Below are positions 39,793-49,693 of a DNA stretch of 64,000 bases, piece by piece. This DNA is from an uncultured virus (IMG/VR IMGVR_UViG_3300029305_005079). Taxonomy: Duplodnaviria > Heunggongvirae > Uroviricota > Caudoviricetes. The stretch lies in IMG/VR virus record IMGVR_UViG_3300029305_005079. One strand, 5' to 3'. Below the pieces are notes generated by a model. The model made no database searches. It had not been told where the DNA came from and saw only the letters and a list, made by a program, of their open reading frames with translations. The translations under genes were made by a program, and so were the position numbers. The stretch's first letter is position 1. Each line of letters opens with the position of its first letter.

Positions 39793-40914
39793 ATGCTTAA
39801 TCTCAATAGCCCTACAGTTCAGGCTATGTTGCAGAATACACCTCAGGGATACGGGAATATGCCTGTGTATTTTGGCAATAGTCCGACTGTTACAACAGAA
39901 ACAAATATTCCTCCTCAGCAACAGACTTATCAAAGCCCATTTCCTTCACCAAAGGATATGATTGCTCAAGGAGGTCAACAAATAATTTATTCTCCAACAA
40001 CTTTCGCGCCTAGAAATATTGTTGGAGGCTATAATCCAGGATATAATGCCGCATTTAGCGGTTATTATAATCCTTATATGGGTATAGGTGCTTACAGTGG
40101 TTATAATTATATGATGGCACCTCCAGATGCAGATTCTAAAGATCGTCTCGATATGGCAAACTTTAATGGTATGACATACGATGAACAGCTTAAAATGGAA
40201 TCTGATTTTTATTCTACAATTTCAAGAATTGTAAGTAAGAATGTAGGAAGATCTGAAGAGGAGACTGAAGCTTGTGCTGCAGCATTTACTCCTTATAATA
40301 AATATCCTAAAGAAAATCCTACAGAAAGGAAAAAGGTAAAACCTTTACACATTAAACTCAAAGTCGGTGATGAAGTTATCGCTGATAAGAACCCTAGTAC
40401 TGTTCAGCCAAAATATGAACAAGATTATATTTATAATGCAGCTCTAGTGGAGAATATGAAATATAGATCTGAATGGGCTGAAGCTGAGAGAGTAAGAAGA
40501 TGTAATATGCTTTACGACGGAGCTCCTGAAAGACAATTTGATCATATGGATCTTTTGGATTTCTTTAATTACGGAGCCGGTGTTATCATGGCAGATATGC
40601 AAAATCGAATACTCTATGAGCAAGCAAGTAAACGAGTTACAGATGTTTATGATCAAAATGATTTTAGAAAGAGGCTACTCGAAAATAATGGATTAAGAAG
40701 TAAGAAACAAACGCAAGCTTTAGAAAGATTTGTTGGGCGTTATGGGGTTATGCCAGATGGTAGGCCTGTAAGCCCAGGACATGATCCTGCTGTAGCTACA
40801 AGTTTCTCTTATAATCCAAATACCGGTCAATATGAAGTGACGGCTCCTAATTTCCTAAGTAATAGATTAGAAGCTGCACGACAATCTTTTATAAGAGCAA
40901 TTGATAGTAATTAA
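39793..40914 (+). CDS. Hypothetical early protein with P/Q/Y/G-rich low-complexity N-terminus
   Basis: ORF with RBS and early-type promoter at 39754-39770. Confidence 0.75.
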   Translation: MLNLNSPTVQAMLQNTPQGYGNMPVYFGNSPTVTTETNIPPQQQTYQSPFPSPKDMIAQGGQQIIYSPTTFAPRNIVGGYNPGYNAAFSGYYNPYMGIGAYSGYNYMMAPPDADSKDRLDMANFNGMTYDEQLKMESDFYSTISRIVSKNVGRSEEETEACAAAFTPYNKYPKENPTERKKVKPLHIKLKVGDEVIADKNPSTVQPKYEQDYIYNAALVENMKYRSEWAEAERVRRCNMLYDGAPERQFDHMDLLDFFNYGAGVIMADMQNRILYEQASKRVTDVYDQNDFRKRLLENNGLRSKKQTQALERFVGRYGVMPDGRPVSPGHDPAVATSFSYNPNTGQYEVTAPNFLSNRLEAARQSFIRAIDSN

Positions 40915-40929
40915 AGGGAGGTAATTATT

Positions 40930-43437
40930 ATGGCTAAGATAGATGTATTAGACATCTTGAGGGCAAAAAAGAAATCACCTCTTGAATTTAATTACGATAA
41001 TCTTTGGATTCCACCGATGGGGGTTTTTCTAACTCCAGATGATGTGGAGGCTTTAAGACGTATAGCTACATCTTTAAAATTATCTTCTAAAATTCAAGAG
41101 AAGTATAGAATGATAGATGATATTATGCGTCGTAGAGGGTTTAAACGATTTGCTGCAGGTACCAATAGAGTTGTTTATAGTTTTCTTGAAGATACAAGAT
41201 TTGTAGTCAAGATAGCTGTAGATAGAGTTGGTATGCAAGATAATCCTATGGAATATAGGAATCAAGAACTAATCAAACCTTATTGTGCAAAGATGTTTTA
41301 TATTTCGCCTTGTGGCACTGTTGGGTTTGCAGAACGAGTTCTACCTGTAAAGAGTAGAGCGGAATTTAAAAATATCGCAAGTGATGTATTTGATATTTTG
41401 ACACACAAAATATTAGGTAAATATGTCATGGAAGATATAGGTGTCAAGTATTTTATGAACTATGGTAAACAGTTTGCCCTGGACATGGGTAACCATGTTT
41501 CAGCACCTCTTGAATTGCTGGAAGGCTAAGGGAGAAATCCTATGTTAATCAGCAGCTAAAATTATTGTATAATGAAAAAAAATCTATGGGAAAGGAGGAA
41601 GATATATGGAATATATCAGACCTATGGAATTTTGGAAACAATTAACAAAAGATATTGTTGGAGCTGATATAGAGGACTGGTACTGGATCAGTACAGAAGG
41701 ACGAATATATTCAACAAAATCAAATAAAATTTTAAAATTATCTTATGACAATGATGGATATGCCATTATAGGATTATACTATAAAGGGATCCATAAACAA
41801 AAGAATTTTAGGGTTAATAGACTCGTATTATTAGCATTTAATCCTGTTCAAAATGCTGAGCAATTGGTATCAAATCATTTAAATGGAATAAAAGATGAAA
41901 ATCATGAATTCAATTTAGAATGGGCCACATATAGTCAAAATACGATTCATGCATTTAATAACGGATTATCGACACCACTATATGGTGAAAAGAACCCAAT
42001 GGCCATTATAACCGACGCTCAGGCTAAACAGGTTGCTGGCATGCTATCAGAAGAAAAATATACGTATTCCGATATAGTTAATGCAACTGGAGTTCCTGTA
42101 GATATAGTTAGTAGTATAAATAATGGACGTTCTTGGGATAAATATTATAAAGAGTATGACCTTGAAAATAAGCATAATCCTAGAGAAAATGCGGTATTCT
42201 CATATTATGATATACACAAAATATGCAAATATTTTGAAGATCATCAGATAACAACATTAGATAGATCTATAAAAGAAGATATTTTGAAGTATATTAATTA
42301 TCCTTCCAATATTTCTACTAGAAAGATGCTACAGAGAATTTTTGACAAACAGAGGCATGCAAAAATATCATCATTATACAATTTTTAAGTTCAACGACTA
42401 TCGAAAGGATAGTATAGAAGAAATATCTATACAAATAACCGAGTAGAGTAGGAGAAATCCGAAGTGGGAGGCATCTTATATTTGGTAATAGAATATAAGA
42501 TGAAGATATAGTCTAGCCCTTTATGAAAATAAAGGTAGTAGCGGTTCGCTATGGGTACGGCCCAGTGTTACTTGACTATCCATTTATTTATAAGCTGGAT
42601 GGAAATAAGTTATTTTGCAATAAAGTAGATCCGGCTACAAATGAACCCTGTAATGGAGAGATCGATTACGATGTGGGTTTCAATCACTTAGTTTGTACTC
42701 GATGCGGCAAAATTTATCTGGCAACAGATTTAAAAGATGACAGCGTCGAAAACAAAATTATAATCAAAGGAGGCAATCAAATGAAAGTTGTACTCAAAGT
42801 GGGAGATGAAATTGTAGGACGTCCCATTCCTACCGAGGAGGTTATGACACCTCCGAGACGAAAGATCGAAAATAAACTCGGTCTTGTTGTAAAGATTTCT
42901 GGAGGTAATATTACACCTGCAGAAGAGGTTGTTGATAAGCAGCCTGAAACCCCTACCACTCCTGTAATCAAGGAGGATAAGAAAGAGGAGAAAGCTACTA
43001 AGGGCGAGAAGAAGCCTGAGGTTACTCCCGAAAAGCGTGAGGCTATCGAGAATATCGAAAAGTCCACAGAATCTAAATTCATTCCTAAGGATACTGTAAT
43101 CGAGCAGGAGTCTAAGAAGGAAGAGCCTGTAGTGGCTACTAAGCCTGAATCTACAGATGAACTCGAACTTGCTGTTATTGAAACTGAGGATGAAGCAGAT
43201 GAAAAAGATGACGATGCTGCAGCTGAGGTTGCTACAACAGCAAGCGCTGTAGAAACTTCTATCGCAGATAAGTATGCTGATATGTATGACGACTATGATG
43301 ACGATGGAAGTTCATTCAGAGGCCGTCAGCCTATCAGAAAGAAGAATACTGTTGAGAGGGATGCGAATGGAAGATTCGTATCTACAAAGAACGGATCTAA
43401 CAAGAAAAAGAATAATAGAATCCCTAGCAACAAGTAA
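40930..43437 (+). CDS. Protein kinase-like protein, spliced: join(40930..41466,42544..43437), 476 aa
   Basis: AAGTNRVVY, VVKIA and DIG..FMNYG joined in frame to VRYGYGPVLLDY; Cys ribbon and acidic tail. Confidence 0.75.
41467..42543 (+). mobile_element. Group I intron carrying a homing endonuclease ORF
   Basis: Core elements GAATTGCTGGAA, AATCAGCAG, GTTCAACGACTA and AAGATATAGTCT; P1 U-G pair at 41466; terminal G at 42543. Confidence 0.9.
41606..42388 (+). CDS. Intron-encoded NUMOD4/HNH homing endonuclease
   Basis: YWISTEGRIYS, NRLVLLAF and NHLNGIKDENHEFNLEW. Confidence 0.88.
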   Translation: MEYIRPMEFWKQLTKDIVGADIEDWYWISTEGRIYSTKSNKILKLSYDNDGYAIIGLYYKGIHKQKNFRVNRLVLLAFNPVQNAEQLVSNHLNGIKDENHEFNLEWATYSQNTIHAFNNGLSTPLYGEKNPMAIITDAQAKQVAGMLSEEKYTYSDIVNATGVPVDIVSSINNGRSWDKYYKEYDLENKHNPRENAVFSYYDIHKICKYFEDHQITTLDRSIKEDILKYINYPSNISTRKMLQRIFDKQRHAKISSLYNF

Positions 43438-43454
43438 TTGCGAGGTACCTTATT

Positions 43455-44117
43455 ATGGCAAATTATCCGATCAATATTTGGGTAATTAATGAGGATGAGT
43501 TTGACGAATTTACTTACACTGGTGGAAAGGTTATTTATATAGCCGAAGAAATCAGTCCTAGATTCCAAACTCATCCGGCCATTATTACCGCAGGTGGCTT
43601 ATTGCCACCAATGGATGCCATTAGAGCTGAGCTCGATGGTAGTATGTTTGAATGCTCAAATATATACGAGCAATATCTTCAAACTGAAGAAGCGGATCCA
43701 TTTATTTCTATTATTATTGCTGCAGGACTTAGACAGATTCCCATAGGAATAATGTTTGGAAAAGATGAAATGAATTTTCAGTTCCCGAAGATGTTTATCG
43801 ATTTTATGTATAGAGCATACGGGGTAGTATTCGGTTTAAAGCATAAAGTACAGCCTTATATTATAGAAGATTTTCTTCCTATAGATTTGACCAAACTATA
43901 TCTACTGAATATTATCGATTATAAAACATTTATGGAGATGCATCCACAGCATCTTCCTATACAGAATATGGCTATCTTAAAGATGGTTAATGAAAACAGA
44001 CCTCCTATTAAAAATAGAGATATGAATGGTTTTATTGAATATTTTGAGATGGTTAAAAATGCTGTACAGAACAATGGTGGAAAATTCTTGGTAGAACCAT
44101 TGGAGGGCATATGGTAA
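43455..44117 (+). CDS. Hypothetical protein
   Basis: ORF in the kinase operon. Confidence 0.75.
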   Translation: MANYPINIWVINEDEFDEFTYTGGKVIYIAEEISPRFQTHPAIITAGGLLPPMDAIRAELDGSMFECSNIYEQYLQTEEADPFISIIIAAGLRQIPIGIMFGKDEMNFQFPKMFIDFMYRAYGVVFGLKHKVQPYIIEDFLPIDLTKLYLLNIIDYKTFMEMHPQHLPIQNMAILKMVNENRPPIKNRDMNGFIEYFEMVKNAVQNNGGKFLVEPLEGIW

Positions 44118-44623
44118 TATTCACTCCAATAAGATTAATACCTGTTGAGATGCTTGAGATAAAAGGAATAAGACAGGTTGTAGTTTACAACCTGTCTTCT
44201 TATTATAGCGACGTCCCAACTTTAAACATGCTAGTCCCATCCATAGAATATCTTCCAGAAAATTTGATGGATGGAGACATCTCTAGTTTTCCTGCTTTTG
44301 ATGTAGCTTATGGAAAACATATTATGGAAAATGTAGATGCATTTATTCAGCTTATGAATATAATGATCTACGCTTACACATCTCCTGAAACCCTGGTTCA
44401 AATTCTTGTAAATAAATCGGAGTTTAGAGATGCAATTACAGAATCGCTTGTAAAGCTTATACAGCAACGTTATGGATACAATGCATGTATCGTAAACGAA
44501 ACTGAAGATTTTCTATATGCCGAGGAATCAGATTTTTCAATTCCAGGCTTATTTACACTTGATCAGGATTTAGCTCGTTACAGAGAAATAGTTGGGGTAA
44601 GGGAGGCAGATATCTATGAGTAG
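44111..44623 (+). CDS. Hypothetical protein
   Basis: Overlapping ORF with GGAGG RBS. Confidence 0.75.
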   Translation: MVIFTPIRLIPVEMLEIKGIRQVVVYNLSSYYSDVPTLNMLVPSIEYLPENLMDGDISSFPAFDVAYGKHIMENVDAFIQLMNIMIYAYTSPETLVQILVNKSEFRDAITESLVKLIQQRYGYNACIVNETEDFLYAEESDFSIPGLFTLDQDLARYREIVGVREADIYE

Positions 44624-45434
44624 TAAATTATGGGAGAAAACAAATTACTATTCTCCTATAGAATTTCTAATAGATATGCCTATTCATGAATATGATATTA
44701 CCAAAGCGAATATCAGTATTCTAAGAGATATGAATGTCCTTACAGAAGAGCAATACCAATACTATCTGACTGCTCCTAGAATGGAGCGTCAGATAGCTAT
44801 TGGTAAAATGCTTGGTCGTAAAGGTATATCGGATCTATTAGCCCAAGGTGTATCTAATGCTAAACGAATATTTATGGAAAGAAATAATATTCAAGATAAT
44901 GAAATTATTGCAATTAGAAATGATGCTATAATGGTCATCTCAGATAGACCTATGATCTTAGACGTGTCTGATAGAGTCAAATTTAGACTTTCAGCCATCT
45001 ATAGATCTTTCTATAAACTATTCAGATCTTATTATTTTTATTATAATTTTGATCTAGTGACTAAAACTGAAGTGCTAGATATAAAAGGATTAGACGACGT
45101 AGCAATTGAACTACATCGTCACCATATGCTAGAATTCTTAAACGAGTTATTCTACACGGCCCAAATTGAAGGGGCTGAGAGTGCTATTAGACTTTTATCA
45201 GTTGTTTATAATGATTATATTAATATGAAACTTGATGTAAATTATTATAGAGAGTTAAATAGTGCATCTAGATTTAGACTAAAGCCTGAATTCTCAATGT
45301 GTAAAGCTGTTTATATGGACTTTGCCACTGAGTGGGATAAAAGATATATAGATATCCAGTTTAATGAAAAGCTATTAAGAGAGCTAAATAGAATGCTAGC
45401 ATCTATTTACTTTAGAAGTCCTAGACGAAAATAA
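44616..45434 (+). CDS. Small DNA polymerase palm-like protein
   Basis: EYDITKAN (motif A-like), AIRNDAI (motif C-like) and LDIKG. Confidence 0.5.
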   Translation: MSSKLWEKTNYYSPIEFLIDMPIHEYDITKANISILRDMNVLTEEQYQYYLTAPRMERQIAIGKMLGRKGISDLLAQGVSNAKRIFMERNNIQDNEIIAIRNDAIMVISDRPMILDVSDRVKFRLSAIYRSFYKLFRSYYFYYNFDLVTKTEVLDIKGLDDVAIELHRHHMLEFLNELFYTAQIEGAESAIRLLSVVYNDYINMKLDVNYYRELNSASRFRLKPEFSMCKAVYMDFATEWDKRYIDIQFNEKLLRELNRMLASIYFRSPRRK

Positions 45435-45474
45435 GAAAGACAGTACGATGGAGAATCGTACTGTCTTTATTTTT

Positions 45475-45927
45475 TTATTCATCCTTCATAAATACAGAGT
45501 TATGCTCTGTTACATAATTCATTACACAGATATAGATCTTGTCGGCTATAATATCTGCGATATTCTTTATATTGTAGAATAACGAGAGCTTATCGAGTGC
45601 AGCATTAGAAATTCTTAGAGATACCATCTGTACAAGATCTTTTCTAATTGCAGCCTCTCTCTCTTCTGTAATAAAGCCCTCATTCATTGGAGCTAGATAT
45701 TTTACTTGATAATCTGTAAAACTTTCTTGAATAATTAAATCTAGAATTTCAGGGATAGATTGATCTATGGTAGCAGACACGTTGATCTGATACAGCGAGA
45801 TCTCTTCTAGCCTTTTTCTATGTTTATTATTAGAATAAATTACAAGTGCAAATAATGCTAAAGCTACCGGAATAAAAATTCCTGCCATAATATATAACGC
45901 TATCAATGGGTTATCCACAATATTCAC
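45475..45927 (-). CDS. Membrane-anchored hypothetical protein
   Basis: N-terminal hydrophobic helix. Confidence 0.7.
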   Translation of the reverse strand: MNIVDNPLIALYIMAGIFIPVALALFALVIYSNNKHRKRLEEISLYQINVSATIDQSIPEILDLIIQESFTDYQVKYLAPMNEGFITEEREAAIRKDLVQMVSLRISNAALDKLSLFYNIKNIADIIADKIYICVMNYVTEHNSVFMKDE

Positions 45928-46582
45928 TCCATTCTTTTATTTTATTTCTTAGGTCTAATAGACCTCCATCGGTTGTTCCTTCAACCTCTATTGCTTTCTT
46001 TAAATAATAAAGTAGTTTGAATGCTACATCCTGAGTTAGTCCAAGCTTATACTTCTCAATTAAAGTAGGCCAGTCTCCAAAACACATACTCGGATGTATA
46101 AAAAATTCTCCCGGATCATTATGATAAACTTGATGAGGGGTTTTAGACAGCATAACAAGAGCAATTCGGTTTGCCTTATGCTCTTCCTTTAAAGCCTGCA
46201 CCACATCAAACGTTGTTACATAACCAACCGTGTTTAATAAGTGTTCCGTAATGAGTAAACAAATATCAAATAGAGTCAAAATTGCATGATGCATTTCTAT
46301 ATCTACTCCATCCATATCTGCATGGATAAAACCATGTACCTGGCATCTGTCCATACCAAGACCTATAAGAAATCCTTTATAATTACTATAGGTTGTCGAA
46401 TGACGGAATCTCATTTCACAATTCTTAAGAAAAGTTCTATATGTATCTATATCCATTAAGCTTTCTCTCGTTTGATAAAAACTAATGGAGAATGTACTAT
46501 TAGGGCTTGATACAATCGGATTCATGTTTTCTTGATATGTCTCGATACCAGGAACTGGATTGTAGCTAACCATTTGAACCAC
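45911..46582 (-). CDS. HNH-like fold protein (paralog of 36914-37645)
   Basis: IEMHH...LVMLSKTPHQVYH. Confidence 0.55.
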   Translation of the reverse strand: MVQMVSYNPVPGIETYQENMNPIVSSPNSTFSISFYQTRESLMDIDTYRTFLKNCEMRFRHSTTYSNYKGFLIGLGMDRCQVHGFIHADMDGVDIEMHHAILTLFDICLLITEHLLNTVGYVTTFDVVQALKEEHKANRIALVMLSKTPHQVYHNDPGEFFIHPSMCFGDWPTLIEKYKLGLTQDVAFKLLYYLKKAIEVEGTTDGGLLDLRNKIKEWSEYCG

Positions 46583-46735
46583 CTCCGAATTATTTTTTTA
46601 TGTATTATTATTTTGTTAAAATCCTAAACTATCGACATTGGGCCGATATAGGAATTTATCGGGTATGACTTGTTAAATGTTTAATATTTATGACCGCACA
46701 TATCAATAAAATTAATCGAGAGAGGGTGATTTGTA

Positions 46736-49645
46736 TTGTCTTTCGAAATTAATAAGGTGTATACGGATAACCCATATGTGGATGAGTTAGTATACTACAC
46801 GAAATTATTAGGCTTTGGAACTGTGCTTAAAATGCAGGACGTTGCAGACAATGCAGAAACTGTAGAGTCCCTTAAAGCAGGCGGACTCTATATTTCTTGT
46901 GTTGAAGGTAATGCTACCCTGAAACAGTTCGAAATTACAAGAGAAGACTTATACAGTATTGGTATTGTAGCAGCTGCAGATATCGATAGATATCTAGAGG
47001 ATCCTAGTCTCCTTGAACCTGCTAAAAGAGTAATACTTACAAAAAATTTAAGAGCTAAATATATTGCTAATTATGAAGAGCTTAACCCTTATTATAGAAT
47101 GCTCCATGGTCTTCCTGCAATAGGTCATGAAGATTATGTTACAGAGTATTGGATGCCTCCGGCTGGAATAAATATTGATATCTCTAAGCCTGTACATATG
47201 ATGAACGATGCAGAGATCATGATCTTGGAGAACTATGGTGTTATCGAGGATATGATCAATGATGACTCTGTAAATAGACAATACATGAGGCATATGGGAA
47301 AAAAGAAAATCGATTATTATATGGCTCGTAGAGCTAATAGATTCGATGTGCTTTATGTACCTACTATAGATTCTGAGGCCATTCAGAAAATGTATAGAGA
47401 TAAGCTTGATGAGAATAAGTTTTATACACTCAGAACCGTTTATTCTAATGCGTTTAAATATGGCTCCGATTACTATGATAACTTTATTGCTGTATTTATT
47501 GTGCTTTCTACTGTTATTGATATTATTTCTAGAGTGCAGGAATTTATTGCTAGAAAAGAAATCTTTGATATCAGATCTGTACAATATATATTTAAATCTT
47601 ATGGAGTGCCATTCTTTGAAGAAATCCCTTTGAAGTATCAAATAGCTATGGTTAAAAATCTCCATACTTTACTAAAATATAAATCTACTGCTAAATGCAT
47701 GGTAGATATATGCTCCCTTTTTGGATTTGATAATATCAAGATCTTCAAATATTATCTGCTGAAAGATAGAAATGTAGATATTACTACTGGAGATTATGTG
47801 TATTCTGATGATCCAGAAGAAGAATTTACATTGAAATTTTTAAAACTCCCATTAGATGAGGATTTGGACAACTATATCAGATCTAGAATGAATTATGTAG
47901 ATTATGATGAGATTACCGAATCAGATCCTAAATGGGATGGTGGACTCGAGCATGAAGAAGTTATTAAAGAAATTCTAAAGCAAGAGTTCAACTTTACAAG
48001 AACCAAATATATTTCGATTGATACTATCTATGAGATTGCGAAAATGTCTGCTCAGCAGAGCTATTTCTTTAATTTCTTATACGATAACGTCGATTTTGAA
48101 AGCGAGCTTACAGTTCAAGTTCCTTATATCAATCCTGGAACTGAGTTTAATATCGCTGATGTGTTTACACTATTAACCGCACTTACGTATTTTTATAATG
48201 GTATGAAAGATACTATTATGGATACACAGAGTAAGGTATTGTATGTAAATGGTTTCAACTTCAAAGCAGATCTTGCAGCTCTTGCTTCTCATATAGCAGA
48301 TAAGAAGATTTATAACTTTGAAGATTACAAAGAATGGGCATATAATGCTGCTGAGAATGATTCTATTACCTATCCGGGCAGCCCAGCTCATGCACAAGAA
48401 CAGCTTGCAAAATTCCAAATTCCTACATCATCAATTCCTAGCTTTAATGAAATGATGAATATATATGTCAATAATCTTGAAGTTAGAGATGAATTGCTTA
48501 AAGGAATGAATGAAGCTGATAATAAATTTATTTATGATATCTATAAGAAGCTTTATGATTCTCTTATGGTAGTAGAGCTTACTATGGATTATTACAAGAA
48601 TCCTGAAACTGGAGATTTTTATAGAGATATAGATGGTGATGCTACATATACCGAATATTTAAAGCATGCCGATCCTCTACTTTATTCAGTTATTCTTCAG
48701 CTTGAAAATTTTGAAGATGAAAATTCCAGAAATCAGTATATTGCTAATGTAATCGATAGCGTTATTTATGCATTAGAAGAGTATATCGATACCACTGAAT
48801 TTCAGGCGTTGTTTTCAAATCTTCCAATTATGAGTAGCGAAGCTGTTAAGCAGTATATTGCTACAGTAATCAATTTCTATAAGTCTTATAAAGTAGATTT
48901 CCTCGGACTCAACACCATTTATACATTAGATGATAAGAGTGAGGGAATTATTAGACTTATCGATATGATGGAATTTCATAGATACTTTGAAAGAGCAGAA
49001 TTCCTCGAGCTTAAGGAAAGCTTTGCTAGGTATCTTGTAGAAAGAAATGACAAAGAAGCTCTTGAGTTAATTGAAAGAATGTACTTTGATATCTTTACTT
49101 GGGCCGATAAGTATTTTGTTGAAAGAGACGAATTGCTTAAGGAACAGATTGCGAAGATTCTTACTAAAGCTACATATTATTCAATTATTCAAGTTCATGA
49201 AAAGCTTTTTAGTGTGGAGATGATTAAGAATTTCTCTGAAAAAGTTGATATGTATTGCGAGATCGCTCCCACTACAATATATGAACCCAATGATGATCTT
49301 GGATTAAAAGATCAGCTTTGGTTTGTAGATCCCAATTTCAGTGTAAGTATTTATATGTCTAGAGTTGGTACTGGGGAAGAAGGTAACCTCATAGCAGCAA
49401 CAGAAGATGGAGATGCTTATGCTAGTGTAGGAATTACTACAAATATTGAGGATGATGTTCTAGCTTATGATGTACCCACTGAGGCAGCTGTTGCTTCTTA
49501 TGTAAAAGCTACTGCCATTACATCAGAGGATATTGTTACATCTGGTAATGTAAATAAGGATGTAAACCAAGCATCTAATGATAAAGTCGTTAGTGAGAAG
49601 GCAACAGTTGAGTTAATCACCATAAATACGCTAGAAGACGAATAA
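46736..49645 (+). CDS. Large virion structural protein, probably baseplate wedge
   Basis: 969-aa ORF, late-like promoter, adjacent structural gene. Confidence 0.5.
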   Translation: MSFEINKVYTDNPYVDELVYYTKLLGFGTVLKMQDVADNAETVESLKAGGLYISCVEGNATLKQFEITREDLYSIGIVAAADIDRYLEDPSLLEPAKRVILTKNLRAKYIANYEELNPYYRMLHGLPAIGHEDYVTEYWMPPAGINIDISKPVHMMNDAEIMILENYGVIEDMINDDSVNRQYMRHMGKKKIDYYMARRANRFDVLYVPTIDSEAIQKMYRDKLDENKFYTLRTVYSNAFKYGSDYYDNFIAVFIVLSTVIDIISRVQEFIARKEIFDIRSVQYIFKSYGVPFFEEIPLKYQIAMVKNLHTLLKYKSTAKCMVDICSLFGFDNIKIFKYYLLKDRNVDITTGDYVYSDDPEEEFTLKFLKLPLDEDLDNYIRSRMNYVDYDEITESDPKWDGGLEHEEVIKEILKQEFNFTRTKYISIDTIYEIAKMSAQQSYFFNFLYDNVDFESELTVQVPYINPGTEFNIADVFTLLTALTYFYNGMKDTIMDTQSKVLYVNGFNFKADLAALASHIADKKIYNFEDYKEWAYNAAENDSITYPGSPAHAQEQLAKFQIPTSSIPSFNEMMNIYVNNLEVRDELLKGMNEADNKFIYDIYKKLYDSLMVVELTMDYYKNPETGDFYRDIDGDATYTEYLKHADPLLYSVILQLENFEDENSRNQYIANVIDSVIYALEEYIDTTEFQALFSNLPIMSSEAVKQYIATVINFYKSYKVDFLGLNTIYTLDDKSEGIIRLIDMMEFHRYFERAEFLELKESFARYLVERNDKEALELIERMYFDIFTWADKYFVERDELLKEQIAKILTKATYYSIIQVHEKLFSVEMIKNFSEKVDMYCEIAPTTIYEPNDDLGLKDQLWFVDPNFSVSIYMSRVGTGEEGNLIAATEDGDAYASVGITTNIEDDVLAYDVPTEAAVASYVKATAITSEDIVTSGNVNKDVNQASNDKVVSEKATVELITINTLEDE

Positions 49646-49693
49646 TTAAACATATAAATAAAGTTACAAAGCTTACAAGGAGGCGTACTCGTT

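Noticed and set aside
41467..41529. C-terminal extensions of ORFs 40930-41529 and 56737-57696, and starts at 42523 and 57997
   Set aside because: Read-through into, or starts within, intron sequence; the spliced frames restore conserved motifs
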